Assembly: GCF_004010195.1 (NCBI RefSeq)
Contig: NC_057728.1
Location: 41,892,844 to 41,956,843 of the forward strand
Source of the DNA: Chiloscyllium plagiosum
Lineage: Eukaryota
DNA: 64,000 nt
Reading direction: 5' to 3'
In this document: in pieces, positions 1-13,459 of the stretch
How positions within the stretch are numbered: the first letter of the stretch is position 1
Layout: every line of letters starts with the position of its first letter
Made by a program: the position numbers and the translations under genes
The notes under the pieces: generated by a model
The model's input: the letters and a program-made list of their open reading frames with translations, nothing else
What the model was told of the DNA's origin: nothing
Database searches by the model: none

Positions 1-1835
1 GGACTGATTCAGTACCTGAGGAGTCGCAAATGGTGCTGAACATTGTGCAATCATTGGTGAACAGCCCTACTTTTGACCTTATGATGAGGGGGAAGGTCAT
101 TGATGAAGTAACTAAAGAGTTTTGGGCCTAGGACACTATCCTGAGGAATTCCTGCAGAAATGTCTTGGAGTTGAGATGACTGACCTCCAACAACCACAAC
201 CATCTTCCTATGTGCCAGACATGAGTCCAGCAGCGCAGAGTTTGACTCTTGATACCCATTAATTTCAGTTTTGCTTGGTTTCCTTGATGCCACATAGTCA
301 AACGCAGCCTTGAGGTCAAGGGCTGACACACTCACCTCACTTCCAGAATTCACCTCTTTTGTCCATGTTTGAACCATGAGGTCAGGAAGTGAGTTGCCCT
401 GGCAGAACTAGGCATCACTGAGCAGATTATTGGTAAGCAGGTGCTGCTTGATGGCAGTGTTGATGAAACCTTCCATCACTTTACTAATGATAGAGAGTAG
501 ACTGATGGGGAGGTAATTGGCTCAGCTGGATTTGTCCTGCTTTTTGTGTCCAGGTCTAATGTAGGCAATTTTCCACAATGCTGGGTAGATGCTAGTGTAT
601 TGGAACAACTTGGTTAGGGAATGTCAAATTCTGGAGCACACATCTTCAATACTAATGCCTGAATGTTGTCACAGTCCATAGCCTTTGCTGCTTCCAGTGC
701 CTCCAAATGAATCAAACAAGTTGAAGACTGGTCACTGTGATGTTGGGGGCCACTGGAGGAGACCAAGATGGATCACCCACTCGGCACTTCTGGTTGAAGA
801 TTGCTGCGAATGATTCAACCTCATCTTTTGTCCTGGTTATTGGGCCCTTTCACCACTGAGGATGGGGATATTTCTGAAACCTCCTCCTTCAATGAATTTT
901 TGAATTGTCCACCACCATTCACGACTGGATGTGGCAGGACTGCAGAGCTCAGATCTCATCCATTGGTTGTGGGATGTCTTTAACTCTTGTCTATCACTTA
1001 CTGTTTATGCTGTTGGCATGTTAATGCTGTCTGGTAGCTTCACCAGATTGATACCTCACTTTTGTGTATGCTTGGTGCCTAAAAGCAGGTGTTCCATCCT
1101 ACATTGATCACCTGGTTTGATGGTAACAGCTGAGGCGATGAGATTACAAATTGTGCTGGAGTACAATTCTGCTGCTGTGAGTGGTCCCTAGCACATTATG
1201 GATGCCCATTCTTGAGGTGCTAGACCTGTTTGACATTTTGCCCCATTTAGCATGGTGACCTTGCCATATAACATAGTGGAGCATATTCTCAATGTGAAGG
1301 CAGGGCATCTCCACCAGGACTGGGCACTAGTCACCCTGACCAATACTGTCATGGTCAGATACATCTGCAGCTGGCAGATTGGGTTCAATAAGGTCAAGGA
1401 GGTTTTTCCTTCTGGTTAATTTCCTCATTACCTGCCACAGACCAAATCTAGCAGTTATGTCATTTAGGACCCGAACAGCTTGATCAGCAGTCCTCCTGCT
1501 GAGCCACTCTTGATGCTGGTCATTGTGATCCTCAACACAGAGTACATTTTCTCCCATGCAACCCTCAGTGCTTCCTCCAGGTGTTGTTCAACATGGAGGA
1601 GTACAGAATCATCATCTCATGGAGGATGGTAATGTGGTAATCAGCAAGAAGTTTCCTTCCCCAGGTTTAATCTGAAGCTATGAGACTTCAAAGGGTCCAG
1701 AGTTAATGTTGAGGACGCCAGGGCATCTCCTTCCTGACTATATACCAATGTGCTGCCACCTCTGCTAGGTCTGTCCTGCTGATGGGACAATGTATATCCA
1801 GAGATGGTGATGGTGGGATATTATCTGTAAGGTAT
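1..1835 (-). mobile_element. Decayed LINE ORF2 (CR1-superfamily-like), endonuclease plus RT; continues beyond the window start
   Basis: ORF 51..377 has LDLKAAFD and GIPQDSVLGP.LFS.FINDLP (RT). ORF 1327..1557 has HQEWL...TRRKNLLDLI (APE endonuclease-like). Confidence 0.85.
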
Positions 1836-2464
1836 GATTCGTAAGACACCTTCCAAATGTCACTTACTCAATTTTACACTGTTGAGCATCACTGCTGGCA
1901 ATATATGTTTATATCAGAAGACCAGAGAAACAAAAAGTGGAATATGTCATCGGTATGCTGAAGGTAAAACCCAGAAAACACAATTGCCTCATATCTTATC
2001 AGGTTAGGCCAGCTTCTAACAAAGTATTATCATATCTGCAGTTGTGACAGCAAGATTACTTTTTATTTTATTACTCAATGCTGTAAGCAACAAATCAAGC
2101 CAGAAATCATAAGCACACACTTAAGGAACACTTCACTTTTTTGAAAAAAGGAATATCTTGCCAAGCAACAGATTGAACAAGAGTTTTAGCTCCTAGATGC
2201 TTTTCCTTTTATAACTGGAACTAAAATCATGGTTACAAAATGTATTCTCCCCAGTGGAAATATAATATGTTTGGTAGATAAGAAAACTGAATTGTGATTA
2301 AATGGCCAAGTCTGTTATAAAATTCCAAAAGGAATGGAATATCTCTCAAAGTTGCAGCAGCATTCGTTATCTTTAACAGCAACATTCACCATATTTAACA
2401 GCAGCCACTAACAGTCACCTCCAAGGAATGAGGGCAGCCAAACTGATCAGTAGGGCAGCCCAAT

Positions 2465-2591
2465 TGATGAAGGGCGTTTGCCCGTAATGACGATTTTCCT
2501 GCTCCTCAGATGCTGCCTGACCTGCTGTGCTTTTTCAGCACCACTCTAATCTTGACTCTAATCTCCAGTATCTGCCGTACCCACTTTCACC
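2465..2591 (+). mobile_element. PLE terminal-repeat fragment (family A) with degenerate hammerhead
   Basis: tgatgaagggcgtttgccc...ctcctcagatgctgcctgacctgctgtgc resembles the 3' end of the PLE at 25280-25407. Confidence 0.8.
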
Positions 2592-2813
2592 AGGATCTGA
2601 ATTAGGAAAGTGAGTTTGATTGTTGGCAGGTTCAATCAAGTTCAAATCAGTTTGAGCAACTGTTCACTCAGAAAACTTTTATTACCTGTTGCATTTGAGG
2701 TCAAAAAGGTCAAAAACTGGTCTTGCACAGTAGCATAATATGTAACTATCTTTGTTAGTGGTAGAGACTGATTTTATCACCTGAATTTCTTTATTTCTCT
2801 TCTTCTACTTGAT

Positions 2814-3117
2814 GGGTGACATGGTGGCTCAGTGGTTAGCACTGCTGCCCCACACACCAGGGTTCCAGGTTCGATTCCAGCTTCAGGCAACTGTCTGTGT
2901 GGAGTTTATACATTCTCCCTGTGTCTGCGTGGGTTTGCTCCGGGTGCTCCGGTTTCCTCCCACAATCCAAAGATGTGCAGGTCAGGTGAATTGGCCATGC
3001 TTAATTGCCCATACTGTTAGGTTCTTTAGTCAGAGGTCTGGGTGGGTTACTCTTCGGAGGGTCGGTGTGGACTTGTTGGGCTGAAAGACATGTTTCCACA
3101 CTGTAGAGAATCTAATT
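2814..3117 (+). mobile_element. HE1-like tRNA-derived V-SINE
   Basis: A box tggctcagtgg, B box ggttcgattcc, central gtgtggagtt..cattctccc..gtgtctgcgtgggtt, tail ccacactgtag. Confidence 0.92.
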
Positions 3118-3969
3118 TAATACTCTTACCCTCAGATTATTGATTAAAGCTCTTCATTTAGATGCCTCATGTCAAATTTATAGCTTAACTGGGAAACTGC
3201 ATGTGACAGAGAATCCAGGGAGTAAAATGTACTTGATATCCTCTTTACCAATCTACCGTAGCAAATGCACCTGTCAATATAGCACTGGTAGGAGTGACAA
3301 AGCGATTGTCTTCACATTGAAGATACCCTCCACCATACTGAATGGGATAAATTTCAAACAGATCTAGCAACTGAAAACTGGCCAACTCCAAGGTGCCATG
3401 GGTCATCATTATCAGCAGAACCTTATTCAATCTCAATCTGTAACCCCATGATCCACCATATCCTCAGTTCACCATTACCACCAACTAGGGGATCAACCTT
3501 ACTTCAGTGAAGAGTGCAGAGGGCAGGTTAGAAGCAGCAGGCATACCTAACAATGAGGGGCTGGAGTTTTGAGAGAGCTCTGCATTTCTGCCTGAACATT
3601 CTGATTGGGCTCCTTCAGAAGTGCCGTGCCATACTTCCATTCTGACAGTTTTGTTGCATTGAAGCCAAACCACTCTCTCTGCCCCATAACAGTTAGCTGC
3701 CACATGCTGAAATTCAAAGATCCAGAATCATTGATCATTGCTGTTAAATGCCAAGTATATAAGGTAAGTGAGGTTAGGGTGCTGGGTAAAAAGGGTGCCA
3801 GCTGGGTGTGAGGTCAGATGGCAGGTGTGTATAATGTCAAGCGGGTAAGAGTTAGGTTGCCAGAACATCCATCTCAACCTCCTGCAGATGTCCCAACATG
3901 ACTGAGGTCAGGCTGGAGGTATTCGATTCTGAATAGGTTGTGTGCCCTGACAACATTCTGGCAATGGCA

Positions 3970-4585
3970 CATACACACACCCACATGCACACATACACAT
4001 ATAAATGTGTATGTGGGATGAATTTGTACTTGCAGAATTACATTTTTCTTTGCTCAAAAACTGCATGAACTCACGTAAGATTCTGTAAATCCATTTTTTA
4101 GATGAGAATCAATCTGACCATTGTGGCACATTCTCACACAGGCAACTCCCACCTTAACTGCATTATCCATAGTCAGAGGGAAATGGGTCTGGGTGGGTTA
4201 CTGTTCGGACGGTCGGTGTGGACTTGTTGCGCCAAAGAGCCTGTTTCCACACTGTAGGGAATCTAATCTAATCTGGGCCAACATGATATCAATTGTTAAA
4301 GTCCATGATTTATACATGAAAGAACTGAAACCAACATGTTCATTCTAAAAGATGAGAGACTTAACAAATGATCCAGGTCTTTTTCAATATATAATTTCAG
4401 TTACATCACATAGTAAACTTGTGCTATAAATTCTGTGTCTTACGATCTTACATGTCACAACCACCTGATGAAGGAGCAACGCTCCAAAAGCTAGTGCTTC
4501 CAAATAAACCTGTTGAACTATAACCTGGTGTTGTGTGATTTTTACCTTCGTACACCCTAGTCCAACACCGGCATCTCCAAATTAT
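3970..4585 (+). mobile_element. Non-coding PLE-related element (family B) with hammerhead-like motif at 4462-4496; HE1 3' fragment nested at about 4171-4274
   Basis: Shares internal and terminal sequence with 26545-26988, 42098-43069 and 44198-44805. Motif cac ctgatga aggagcaacgctcc aaaa gcta gtg. Confidence 0.8.
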
Positions 4586-4589
4586 TAAA

Positions 4590-5500
4590 CAGCAGTTATT
4601 TCAACAATAACCTGCTCACTGACACTCAGTTCGGGTTCCACATGCTCACTCAATAGGGGAAGCTAGAGGCACTGCCATTGATATTAAGCCAGCATTTGAT
4701 GGTGTGTGGCACTAAGGAGCACTAGCAAAGCTGGAGTCAATGGGAATCATGTGGAAGCTCTCCACTTAGCGATAGTTGTGGTACTTCAAACATCTCAGCC
4801 ATAGGACATTGTTTCAGCAATTCCTCAGGCTGCTGTCTTTGGCACAATCATTTTCAGCTGTTTTGCAATGATCTTCACTTCATCATAAGGTCAGAAGTAG
4901 GAAAGTTTTAGGTAAAAGTGAGGACTGCAGATGCTGGAAATCAGAGTCTAGATTAGAGTGGTGCTGGAAAAGCACAGCAGGTCAGGCCAGCACCACTCTA
5001 ATCTAGAGTAGGAATGTTTTGCTGATGATTGCACAATGTTCATCATTCCTTTGAAACCAAAGCAGTCTTTGTCCATATGCATCAAGACCTGGACAGAATT
5101 AGAAGTTGGGCTAAAATGTGATAAATAGCTTTTGCACTATAAATGCTAAACAATGATCATCTCCAGTAAGAATGAATCTAAACATTTTCCTTTAGTATTC
5201 AATGGCCTTGCCGTCCACAAATCCTCCACTATCAACATCCTGGGGATTATTACTCAGCAGAAACTGAACTGGAAGAGCCATAAAAGTACTGTTGCTATAC
5301 CCAGGTCTGAGACTGGGAATCCTGCAGTAAGTAACTCCTCAAAACCTGTCTGCCATCTACAAAGCACAAGTCTGGAGTACTGTCCACTTGCCTGGATGAG
5401 TGACACTCAAAACACTCAACACCATCAGGATAATGCCACTTGCTTCAGTGACACCCCATTTAACACCTTCAACAATCACTCCCACTATCACCGATGTGCA
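4590..5500 (+). mobile_element. Decayed LINE RT/3' fragment, same family as 1-1835, interrupted by a PLE fragment
   Basis: ttgatattaagccagcatttgatggtgtgtggcac corresponds to LDIK.AFD.VWH; FADD at about 5018-5029; LEYCPLAWMS. Confidence 0.8.
4910..5006. mobile_element. 97-bp fold-back insertion of a family A PLE terminus with a 14-bp target-site duplication
   Basis: Perfect 21-bp inverted repeat 4947-4967/4987-5007. Flanks agtaggaaagtttt (4896-4909) and agtaggaatgtttt (5007-5020). Confidence 0.85.
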
Positions 5501-8500
5501 GGGTAGCACTGGTTGCCTCTTGGTAACTACTCCACATTGGGGTTATGTATTTGTGGGCTTTTGATTTCAAGTGTCAAAGAGAAAAAAATCATCCATGGGT
5601 TGTTTGGAAACAAACTCTGTGGTTGATCCCAAACCTGACCACAACCAACACCGATGTACATGCATTTGTTTACAGCTGGTTGTGGAACTCCCACAATACA
5701 TTTCTTTCCTCAATTTGACTGCTTTGGATGAAATCAACTAACCCATCCAGCAAAAAGGTAGAATTTATACTGGATTATCTGAGTCAACTATCCATTGGCT
5801 AAACTTGCTGAATCACTGATAGAGGCAACAAATCTTTGTCTTTCTTTAAAATACACTCCATATCGGCAACCCTTAATAATACAAACAGAAAAGAAATTCC
5901 TTGATTTTATCTACAAAGCTAGAAAATAATTAACTGAAATCCCATACAGAATTTGAGTACCACAATCACAAATAATCAGTAAATCATACAATGGATGGCA
6001 CAAAAGCAGTGATTTAAACATTGCTTGGTTTGTCAACTCCAAGCATATGGCAAATTATAATTCTCAGCAAAGTGGTTTACATACACTAAACCTCCCCACT
6101 GTCTAATTAGTGAGCTTTGTGAAAGTTGCAGTACACCAATGGAGTAATTTAAATTAGCCAGCCAGACTTCCTACAAGTTGTCACTATTTTAATGCATGTT
6201 ATGTAACATTTAATAAACAGAATAACTTCATCAATTTAAATCCTTTGTCAACTGCCAAAGTTCAATTTGAACCAGAATCACAAAATGTCTGGCATTCCAC
6301 TGTTTTCCAAATTTCAACTCCAAAAAAATACCCATTGGCATTTTCTTATTAATTAAATGGTCCAATATACTCGTAACTCTATCTCCCTTTCCTCTTCTCT
6401 GGGTGAGTGATGAAAACCTGATGGGTTAGGCCTTCAAGCAAATCACCACTGAACATAAAGAATCAAAGAAAGAAACATAAACATATATAGATGTAGACAA
6501 ATGTCACTTAGTATACAGATGTTGTACACATTGGCCGTATAGAGAACTGTAATGAGGAAAAGTAGGAAATATTTTTATAAGTTTCTGCAGTTAGTTTTTA
6601 AAAGGGATCAGTTTCTTGAAAAGAAGGAGTCAATAAGTGACCCAGCTACCCAGGTATTACGTGCAGACCACAAGAACATGGTCATTTAGAAGTAACTGCT
6701 TCAAGGAATCTAGCTAAAACTACAAAGACATGAAATTCCAGTCAGACACAGGAAATTCTCCAGGGAATAAAGGAATTCTGTGACTCAGAAGATGAAAATC
6801 CCCATGAATACTTACTAAATTAATGTAATGAAGTATTGTCACCAGGAAAGTAGTTGGGTGAATTTATGCTCTGTGCATCAGGGCTTAAACAAAACAGGAA
6901 ATTGGACAAATCCGAGCCATATTACATTTTTAGCTGTTTGGGTGCAAATGCAAAGCGAGCTGTTAATCAGATCGTAGAGAAGTCTCTTCCTCCAGTGTGC
7001 ATTGGGCACTTTTATTTTGCATTAAATGCATAATAATGCGCAGCTCAAATAGAAGAAACACATTTACAAAATTAACACTGAGAATCTTGCTAACCGCTCC
7101 ATTATATTCATCCACGTTAGGACAAACTATCTGTGGGTGGAAAACCTTTACTTTACCTAAACGAAAACTGAAAAGTTTGGAGGGAAATGTACTGTGTTGT
7201 ATTACGGTTTGCCATTCCAATTATTCATTGTGACTTGTGAAACAAGAACCAAGTCCATAAGGGGGTAAAACAAGTGACTAATTCCATACACTGATAGAAA
7301 AATAAACACACAGGACTGGGTTATTTTTATGTAAAGTCAGATACAAGTGACCAAACAGCATTAAACAAAGCCTGTTGGGTGATCACTGTATATGCTAGTT
7401 TATGAGATACAAAACAGGGCCCTCACAAAAAAAAGTTGGTTCAAACAGCACTGTGATTAGTCTACTGCAAGTTTTCAAGCTCACTACACATCATTTGTAT
7501 CTTCCCATTTTAGTGCAATTGTGAACTCCACTTAAAATAGTAAATATTTATGTTAAAAATTTTTGTGTGATGTAACCGAACTGTCAAAAGTACTGTGACC
7601 AGTGACAGCTGGGGATAAAAAAGCATTCAGTCCACTTTGTAATTATACAGAACCCAGGGATTACACTTGCTACAATCAATAACCAAAGCTTAATTTTAGT
7701 GTTTGAAAGATATACTGATAGTTAAAACATTTTGATTAATCTATCTAAAACAGAAATCAATGATAGAGCACCAAACTGAACAGTTCCATTTGTTCAACAG
7801 CTTTTAGGCCCTTAATCTACAATAGCTCTTACAAAACTTTGATAGAACCAATGTTTTGGTTCCCTAAATGGTGTTCTGCTTGCTTAACTACGTCCCCATT
7901 CTCAAAATTACACAGTGTCAGACATTAATCATCATAACTCAGTCTGAATTTTGGTGTTCAATATGGGTGTATACAAGACAGTAAACCCTCACCTGCCTTC
8001 AAGCTAAACCTACTCCTTTGCAGCAAAATAATTCCAAGTCTGTACTTCATCTATGCTAAATGCTACTGTGCCATTGACCACAACTATCATATATTAAAGG
8101 CTGCTCTCTTGTAAAATAACTTCAAGCTGCAGATTTCCCTTTGATTTTAGTCTTCAAGGGCTGCAATTGAAACCATAATCACTACAGTTTTAACTGTTAT
8201 GCACTTGCAACTTCAAGATGGTGGTTAGGAATGCAAAAGTTTTTCAATTTTCATTTCTGTTGATTTTGAAAATGATTAAAGAGACCAAGGAACTATTTTC
8301 TCCAGCTGTTTATAGGAATAAATGTCAAACTGACCTACGTAAAAGAGGTTAAGCTATGCAACAGTCTTAGAAGCTGGTTTCTGCAGACAAAGTGCTGCAA
8401 GAAAACTGTAGGATAAAGGACAAAAGTTAAATTTCCCCGAAATACTTTTAAACTGTTTCCCATGTAAAATGCATAGGCTGAAATATTTTACAATAACTAG

Positions 8501-8576
8501 CAGATCTTTTGTTTTGCTGCTCATTGTGAATCAGAAGATAAGAATCTACATAGTAACATTACAAGGACATGATGCT

Positions 8577-8850
8577 GGGTGGCACAGTGGGTCAATGGTT
8601 AGCACTGCTGCCTCCCAACACCAGGGAGTTGGGTTTGATTCCAGCCTCGGGTGACACTGTGGAGTTTGCACATTTTCCAAGTGTTTGTGTGTTTTTTCCC
8701 TCCACAGTCCAACGATACGCAGGTGAGGTGGATTGGCTATGGAAAATGCAGGATCTGCAGGGATTGGGTGGGATGCTCTTTAAGGGTTGGTGTGGACTCA
8801 ATGGGCTGAATGGCCTGCTTCCACAGTGTAGTGATTCTATGCTTCTATGA
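8577..8850 (+). mobile_element. HE1-like SINE (internally deleted)
   Basis: tRNA head ggcacagtgggtcaatggttagcactgctgcc; tail gggctgaatggcctgcttccacagtgtagtgattctatg. Confidence 0.88.
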
Positions 8851-9939
8851 TATGGCATCGATTTAACAGGGTTGTGGTAGCATTAAGTTCAAGAATTACC
8901 GAGAATGGAACATTGATTGAAACACAATATTGTAAGTCTGGCACTAGCAGTGACAGTAGAAGGGACATCCTGTTCATCTGCAGGGGGCAAGAAAGCCTTC
9001 CTCACCCCACCCAAGCATCAACTTAGAGGACAGAGGAAAAGGTCACAATGCATGTCAAAACCAAGCATTTAGCACCCAAAGTATGGCTGCAACATTGGAA
9101 TACATTCACTGACCTCACCAGAGTTACCAAGTTAACAATACTGCTTTTTTTCTCTAGGTTCAGCCAACACCAGGTTCGGGTTCACAACTCACAGGATATC
9201 CCTCCTTCACTTCACTCCATTTTCCGACCATTATGGTATCACCTCAGAAACCACATCATTATGACAATCCTGACTTACACATAACCCACCTCCATAATAC
9301 ACACAGCATGGTAGACACGTTTTCTAAAGATCCCACAAGATTCTCATTGTCTTATTTGCTTGCAGGAAAAGTTGGCACATGACTCCACTCAGCAGGCCTG
9401 AAGACAAGCCGCTGTGCTACCTTATTCTTACCTTCATCACCTATACTCCACGCAAAACATTTGCCATTGTGCACAGGGTGACAGCCACGGTGCTGGCAGA
9501 GCTGGAGGAGATGTTGTGTAGCATCACTTTATTTTCTTTTCCCGTTTCTGACTTTTATCACACTACATATTGAACCACATGCTGGAGATGCTGTTAACCC
9601 AACTTTTCAGTCTGCTGTCCAATCACAGCTTTTCCCCCAATGTGCCAGAAATTTGGAAACTTCGTCTGCCAGTGGAAAAGGGGGTGAGCTACTTGAAGAT
9701 GTGCCATCACATAATGATACAATTAAGATTATCATCAGTTATTAGCACCAAACACATATTAGGGGTTACACTGGAGTAAGTGCCTGCAAGTTGAGAATTA
9801 TGACTCACAGGAGCAGGGTAATAGGATGCCAAGTTGCCAGTTTATTCGAGCACAAGATTGCATACTCATTCTGTTAATTTTGAGCAGTCAAGATAGCGAC
9901 TGTCAGAATCTCAGGCAGAGACTTGCACAATTCAGTTTT

Positions 9940-10290
9940 GGTCACTCATATTTCTTTGCTCCATACATTGAGCAAGGGATGTAACTGATCACCCTCCTTG
10001 TGCAAAGGACCTTATTCATCCCCCTGATACAGTGTGACTGCAACGTTGTGATTTGGATTTGTTGCAGACTGAAAAGTGCCTCTGGCATTAGCCTTAAATG
10101 CTTGATCTTGGTATCTGCAGGCAATGCTATCCAAGCCCTGGTGAGTGACTGGGGTTGCAGTGGGTAAACTACAGCCTCCTTGGTGTAGTAAAGGTGCTTG
10201 AGACCATGCTTCTGACTACAGCTTATGTACAAATGCTCCTTGACACTAACTGTGGAGATGGATTCCTTTGTAGGGCCCTCACCTTCCATC
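9940..10290 (-). mobile_element. Harbinger (HARBI1-like) transposase N-terminal remnant
   Basis: ORF 9942..10289 YTKEAVV..LQPQS.TRAWIALPADTKI resembles Harbinger transposase RFTKEAV...LQP....ALPV..K. Confidence 0.55.
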
Positions 10291-10661
10291 CTTTTCTGGC
10301 AGCTGCTTGCTCATCCTTTAACTGCTGAAGGCAGCCCTAGCAGACCAACCATGATTTTCTAAGTCAGTCAACAACTGCACAACAACAGAGTAAGAAAAAG
10401 TCATGAAAGCCGCCCAGAAGCTTTCCAGCAGTCTGAAATGACTGATATCAAATAACGTAAGTATTGTATGACCTCTTAAAATGGTGCTGACTAGAGAACG
10501 ACCAGTGTGTTAGTGTTACATGTTGCTGTACAAGTTCAGTATATGGTGAGTAATACAAATGGATGGTTGCAAAGCTGACTATGGGTCCTATTAAAAAAGC
10601 AGGGCCCAAACTTAAATAAAGGTTTCTGTGCTTGCCTAAATGTGGCATGCAATTTTGACAC

Positions 10662-12951
10662 TGCAGTGATTATAAAGAGGTTAGCCGCGTGTCCATCACA
10701 GAATATGAGTTCCCTGACTGGGGATGTTAAGCTGTTACAATCAGGGAGCCCTGGCTGACAGATATAAGTAGGAGTATCAGGCATCCTGTTCACTCAGAAC
10801 TGACTGAGGAAGCCAGACCAGTGTCAAATACTATGTGTATTCAAATGAAGGGTGACTTGGTTATGGGATACTGGCCTCTCTGGAATTATTTCAGTGACAA
10901 CGAGAGTGAAAAATACTCTCATGACGCAACTTGCTCACAACACTTGTCTTTGAGTTGGGGGTAAGCATTTCCGGCATCATGCCGTTATTTGGGAAGCTTG
11001 ATGCATTCAATCCTGCCACCGAAGACTGGAATGTGGAAAGAATGTGTAATTTTTTCGAGGCAAATGAAATTAGGGCAAATGAAAAGCAATGAGTATTTCT
11101 CCTGATAGCCTGTGGACCTGTAGCTTTTTCAATTATTAGGAACCTAATGTTTCCTGAGGCACCAGATACAAAAACCTTTCAAGAGTTGATGAAGTTAGTT
11201 AAAGAACATTATGATCTCAAGCCTCCTCTAATTCCAAGATGCTATCTGGTCTCTTCACCAGTTCGAGAACTAAGAGAATCTGTATCGGGATTTTTGATGA
11301 TGTTAGGATGACTGGCAGAGGCATGTGACTTTGGGTTAACCCTGAATGAAATGCTGAGTGACCATTTGGTATATGGGATCAGTGACACAACCTTACAAAA
11401 GTGCCTAAGTGCTAAAGCCCAACTGGACTTCAAACAGGCATTACAACTAGCTTTGTCATTAGAAAATGCAGGAAATGGAACATGTGAGCAACAAGGTATC
11501 CCAATGAAAGTGGTCATCCTCACCTGTCCGACTTAGCTTAGGAACTCCACTTGAGTGTTGGTAATCGCAGAGCCTCACACAAGGCATATCCTGGCCAGCC
11601 CACAGCAAAACTCCAAAACAAAGCCAAGCCTCAGCCAAAAGGTTAACATTTTCTTCAAGATCTGGGCCAGCCAGCCATTGTATTTGCTGCCGGTATGTGG
11701 ACTCAAGACAAGCAAAGGAGTTCCACTTGGGCCTGAACTCAGAAGCCAGTATTCAGAAGAGTGCACACCCTGCAGTACATACTTACATTTGGAATAGTTA
11801 AGTTGCTTAGCAACATCCAAATCAGAAATAATCAATATACATTTCTGGTTGAATGGTCACCCGATTCTAATGGAGGTTGGTACAGATGCAACTGAGTGAT
11901 CGCAGAACCAGTCTTTAACAAAATTCGCTCTGGACTCCCACCCTTATGTTTATACAACACTTTGGCTCAACTGAGAACCTATACTGGGAACCATTACAGA
12001 TTAAGGGTACAACTTCGATTCCAGATTCAGATGAGAAGCAGCTGGTTCAGTTATTATTAATTGTAGTAAAAGGCTCTTGGGCATAAACCTTATGGGGTGA
12101 ATTTGGTTGAGAAAGATTCACCTTGATTGGCTCAACATTTTTCAATTAAAAAATGGCTGCCTGAGTGAAATCCTAATGAGGGTGGGTGAGACAGCATCAG
12201 GAATGCCAATGCTGGATACAAGACTCCTCGAAGCAAGAGAGATAGTTTACTTCAGGGGATGAAGTTTGATGTTGAAATCACAGAAATGGCCCTGCATGGG
12301 TAAGAGACATGGTCGATGCAAAGTCCTTTGACACACAAAGTTTGAGTAGGAGAAGCAGTCCTGAACAAGCACATGGACTACAGGAAAGCTGCAATCTCAC
12401 AAACAGAACAGGAGCAAAACATACCCGGTCCCTCAGAACAACTGGAAAAGCTGTTGGAACCTGTGGGTTGTTACTCTCCACCTAGCATTGAAGATACCTG
12501 AGTGGACATGGTGGATGTTGCAGCCTCAATGTTTACCACCTGAAGAAGAGGATAAATTTCTTCAGAGAGCTTCGGGTGCAAGAGGTGAGCTACAGTGCAT
12601 TACACACTGCCAGTATCCAAGGCTGAGTTGGAGGAATTGAGCCTGGTGTGAAAAACACCCCGGGGAGGGTACAAGATAAAGAAGAGGCCTATGTCCCTGA
12701 ACTCAGAGGGGGAGTGATGTAGGCATTGTAACAAGGTCAGCCAGGTGGACCTCACAGCATGAGTTAGGTGGACCTCAAAGCCAGATTAACCCCCAAGTGG
12801 GACCTGGCTGACAGGTATAAATAGGAAGGTCACAAGTTCTGCTCACTCTGAGAGCTGGCTCTGAGGGAGTTGGATCAGGGTCAATTACTACGCATAGGTA
12901 AATTAAAAAGTGACTTAGTGACAGGATACCAGCCTGTGTTGAGTTAATTCA
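10662..12951 (+). mobile_element. Internally deleted Gypsy (Mag-like) LTR retrotransposon: 5' LTR 10662-10893, gag from 10979, protease at about 11850, 3' LTR 12718-12951
   Basis: TG...CA LTR pair sharing blocks (ctggctgacag.tataa.tagga; gtgactt.gt...ggatac..gcct.t). PBS-like gtgacaacgag; PPT agaggggga. Gag MPLFGKLDAFNPATEDW...FFEANEI; protease LNGHPILMEVGTDA. No RT/RNaseH recognised. Confidence 0.85.
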
Positions 12952-13074
12952 GATGCCAACACACTTATCAACACCAATAAAACAGGGCAAGCACTGCCAG
13001 CTCAGAAATGTCCTTCTGAAATTCACTTTCAAGATTCTCAACTGGAAAGTGATAAAGAATAGTAGTAAAATAAA

Positions 13075-13213
13075 ACCAGAAATTACTGGAGAAATTTAGA
13101 TCTGTGGAGAGAGAAATGGACCTCGGGTTCTGAGTCCAGATTGACTCTTCAGAACTGTTTAACCCCTTTCTGTTTTTATAATCAGATTTTCAGCATCTCC
13201 AGAATTTAGCTTT
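13075..13213. mobile_element. Short fold-back fragment of a PLE terminus (family C-like)
   Basis: Similar to 47605-47700 and 37730-37955; contains a degenerate minus-strand gttctgaaga..gtc..gactc hammerhead remnant. Confidence 0.6.
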
Positions 13214-13459
13214 TAAAACCAGGAATAAAGCTGTTGAATATAGAGCAAAATCTCAGCAAATAATGCATTTCAGAAGAGAAGAGAGAAGAGACCAATAATT
13301 AGCCTGATTGTGTTAGTCAGATTATCCCTCTATGAGCTGGAGTTCATACCTTCCTACATCACGGTACCAGTGCAATACTGGCCTTCTACAGACTGGCTGA
13401 ATTTTGACGAAAATTAGAGAGCCAAAATAGATTTAAGTCAGCTTGTAACAAACATTTTA

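Noticed and set aside
2814..2890. tRNA genes at the HE1 heads (also 8577, 14400, 46970 and others)
   Set aside because: A/B boxes continue directly into the SINE body; these are SINE heads.
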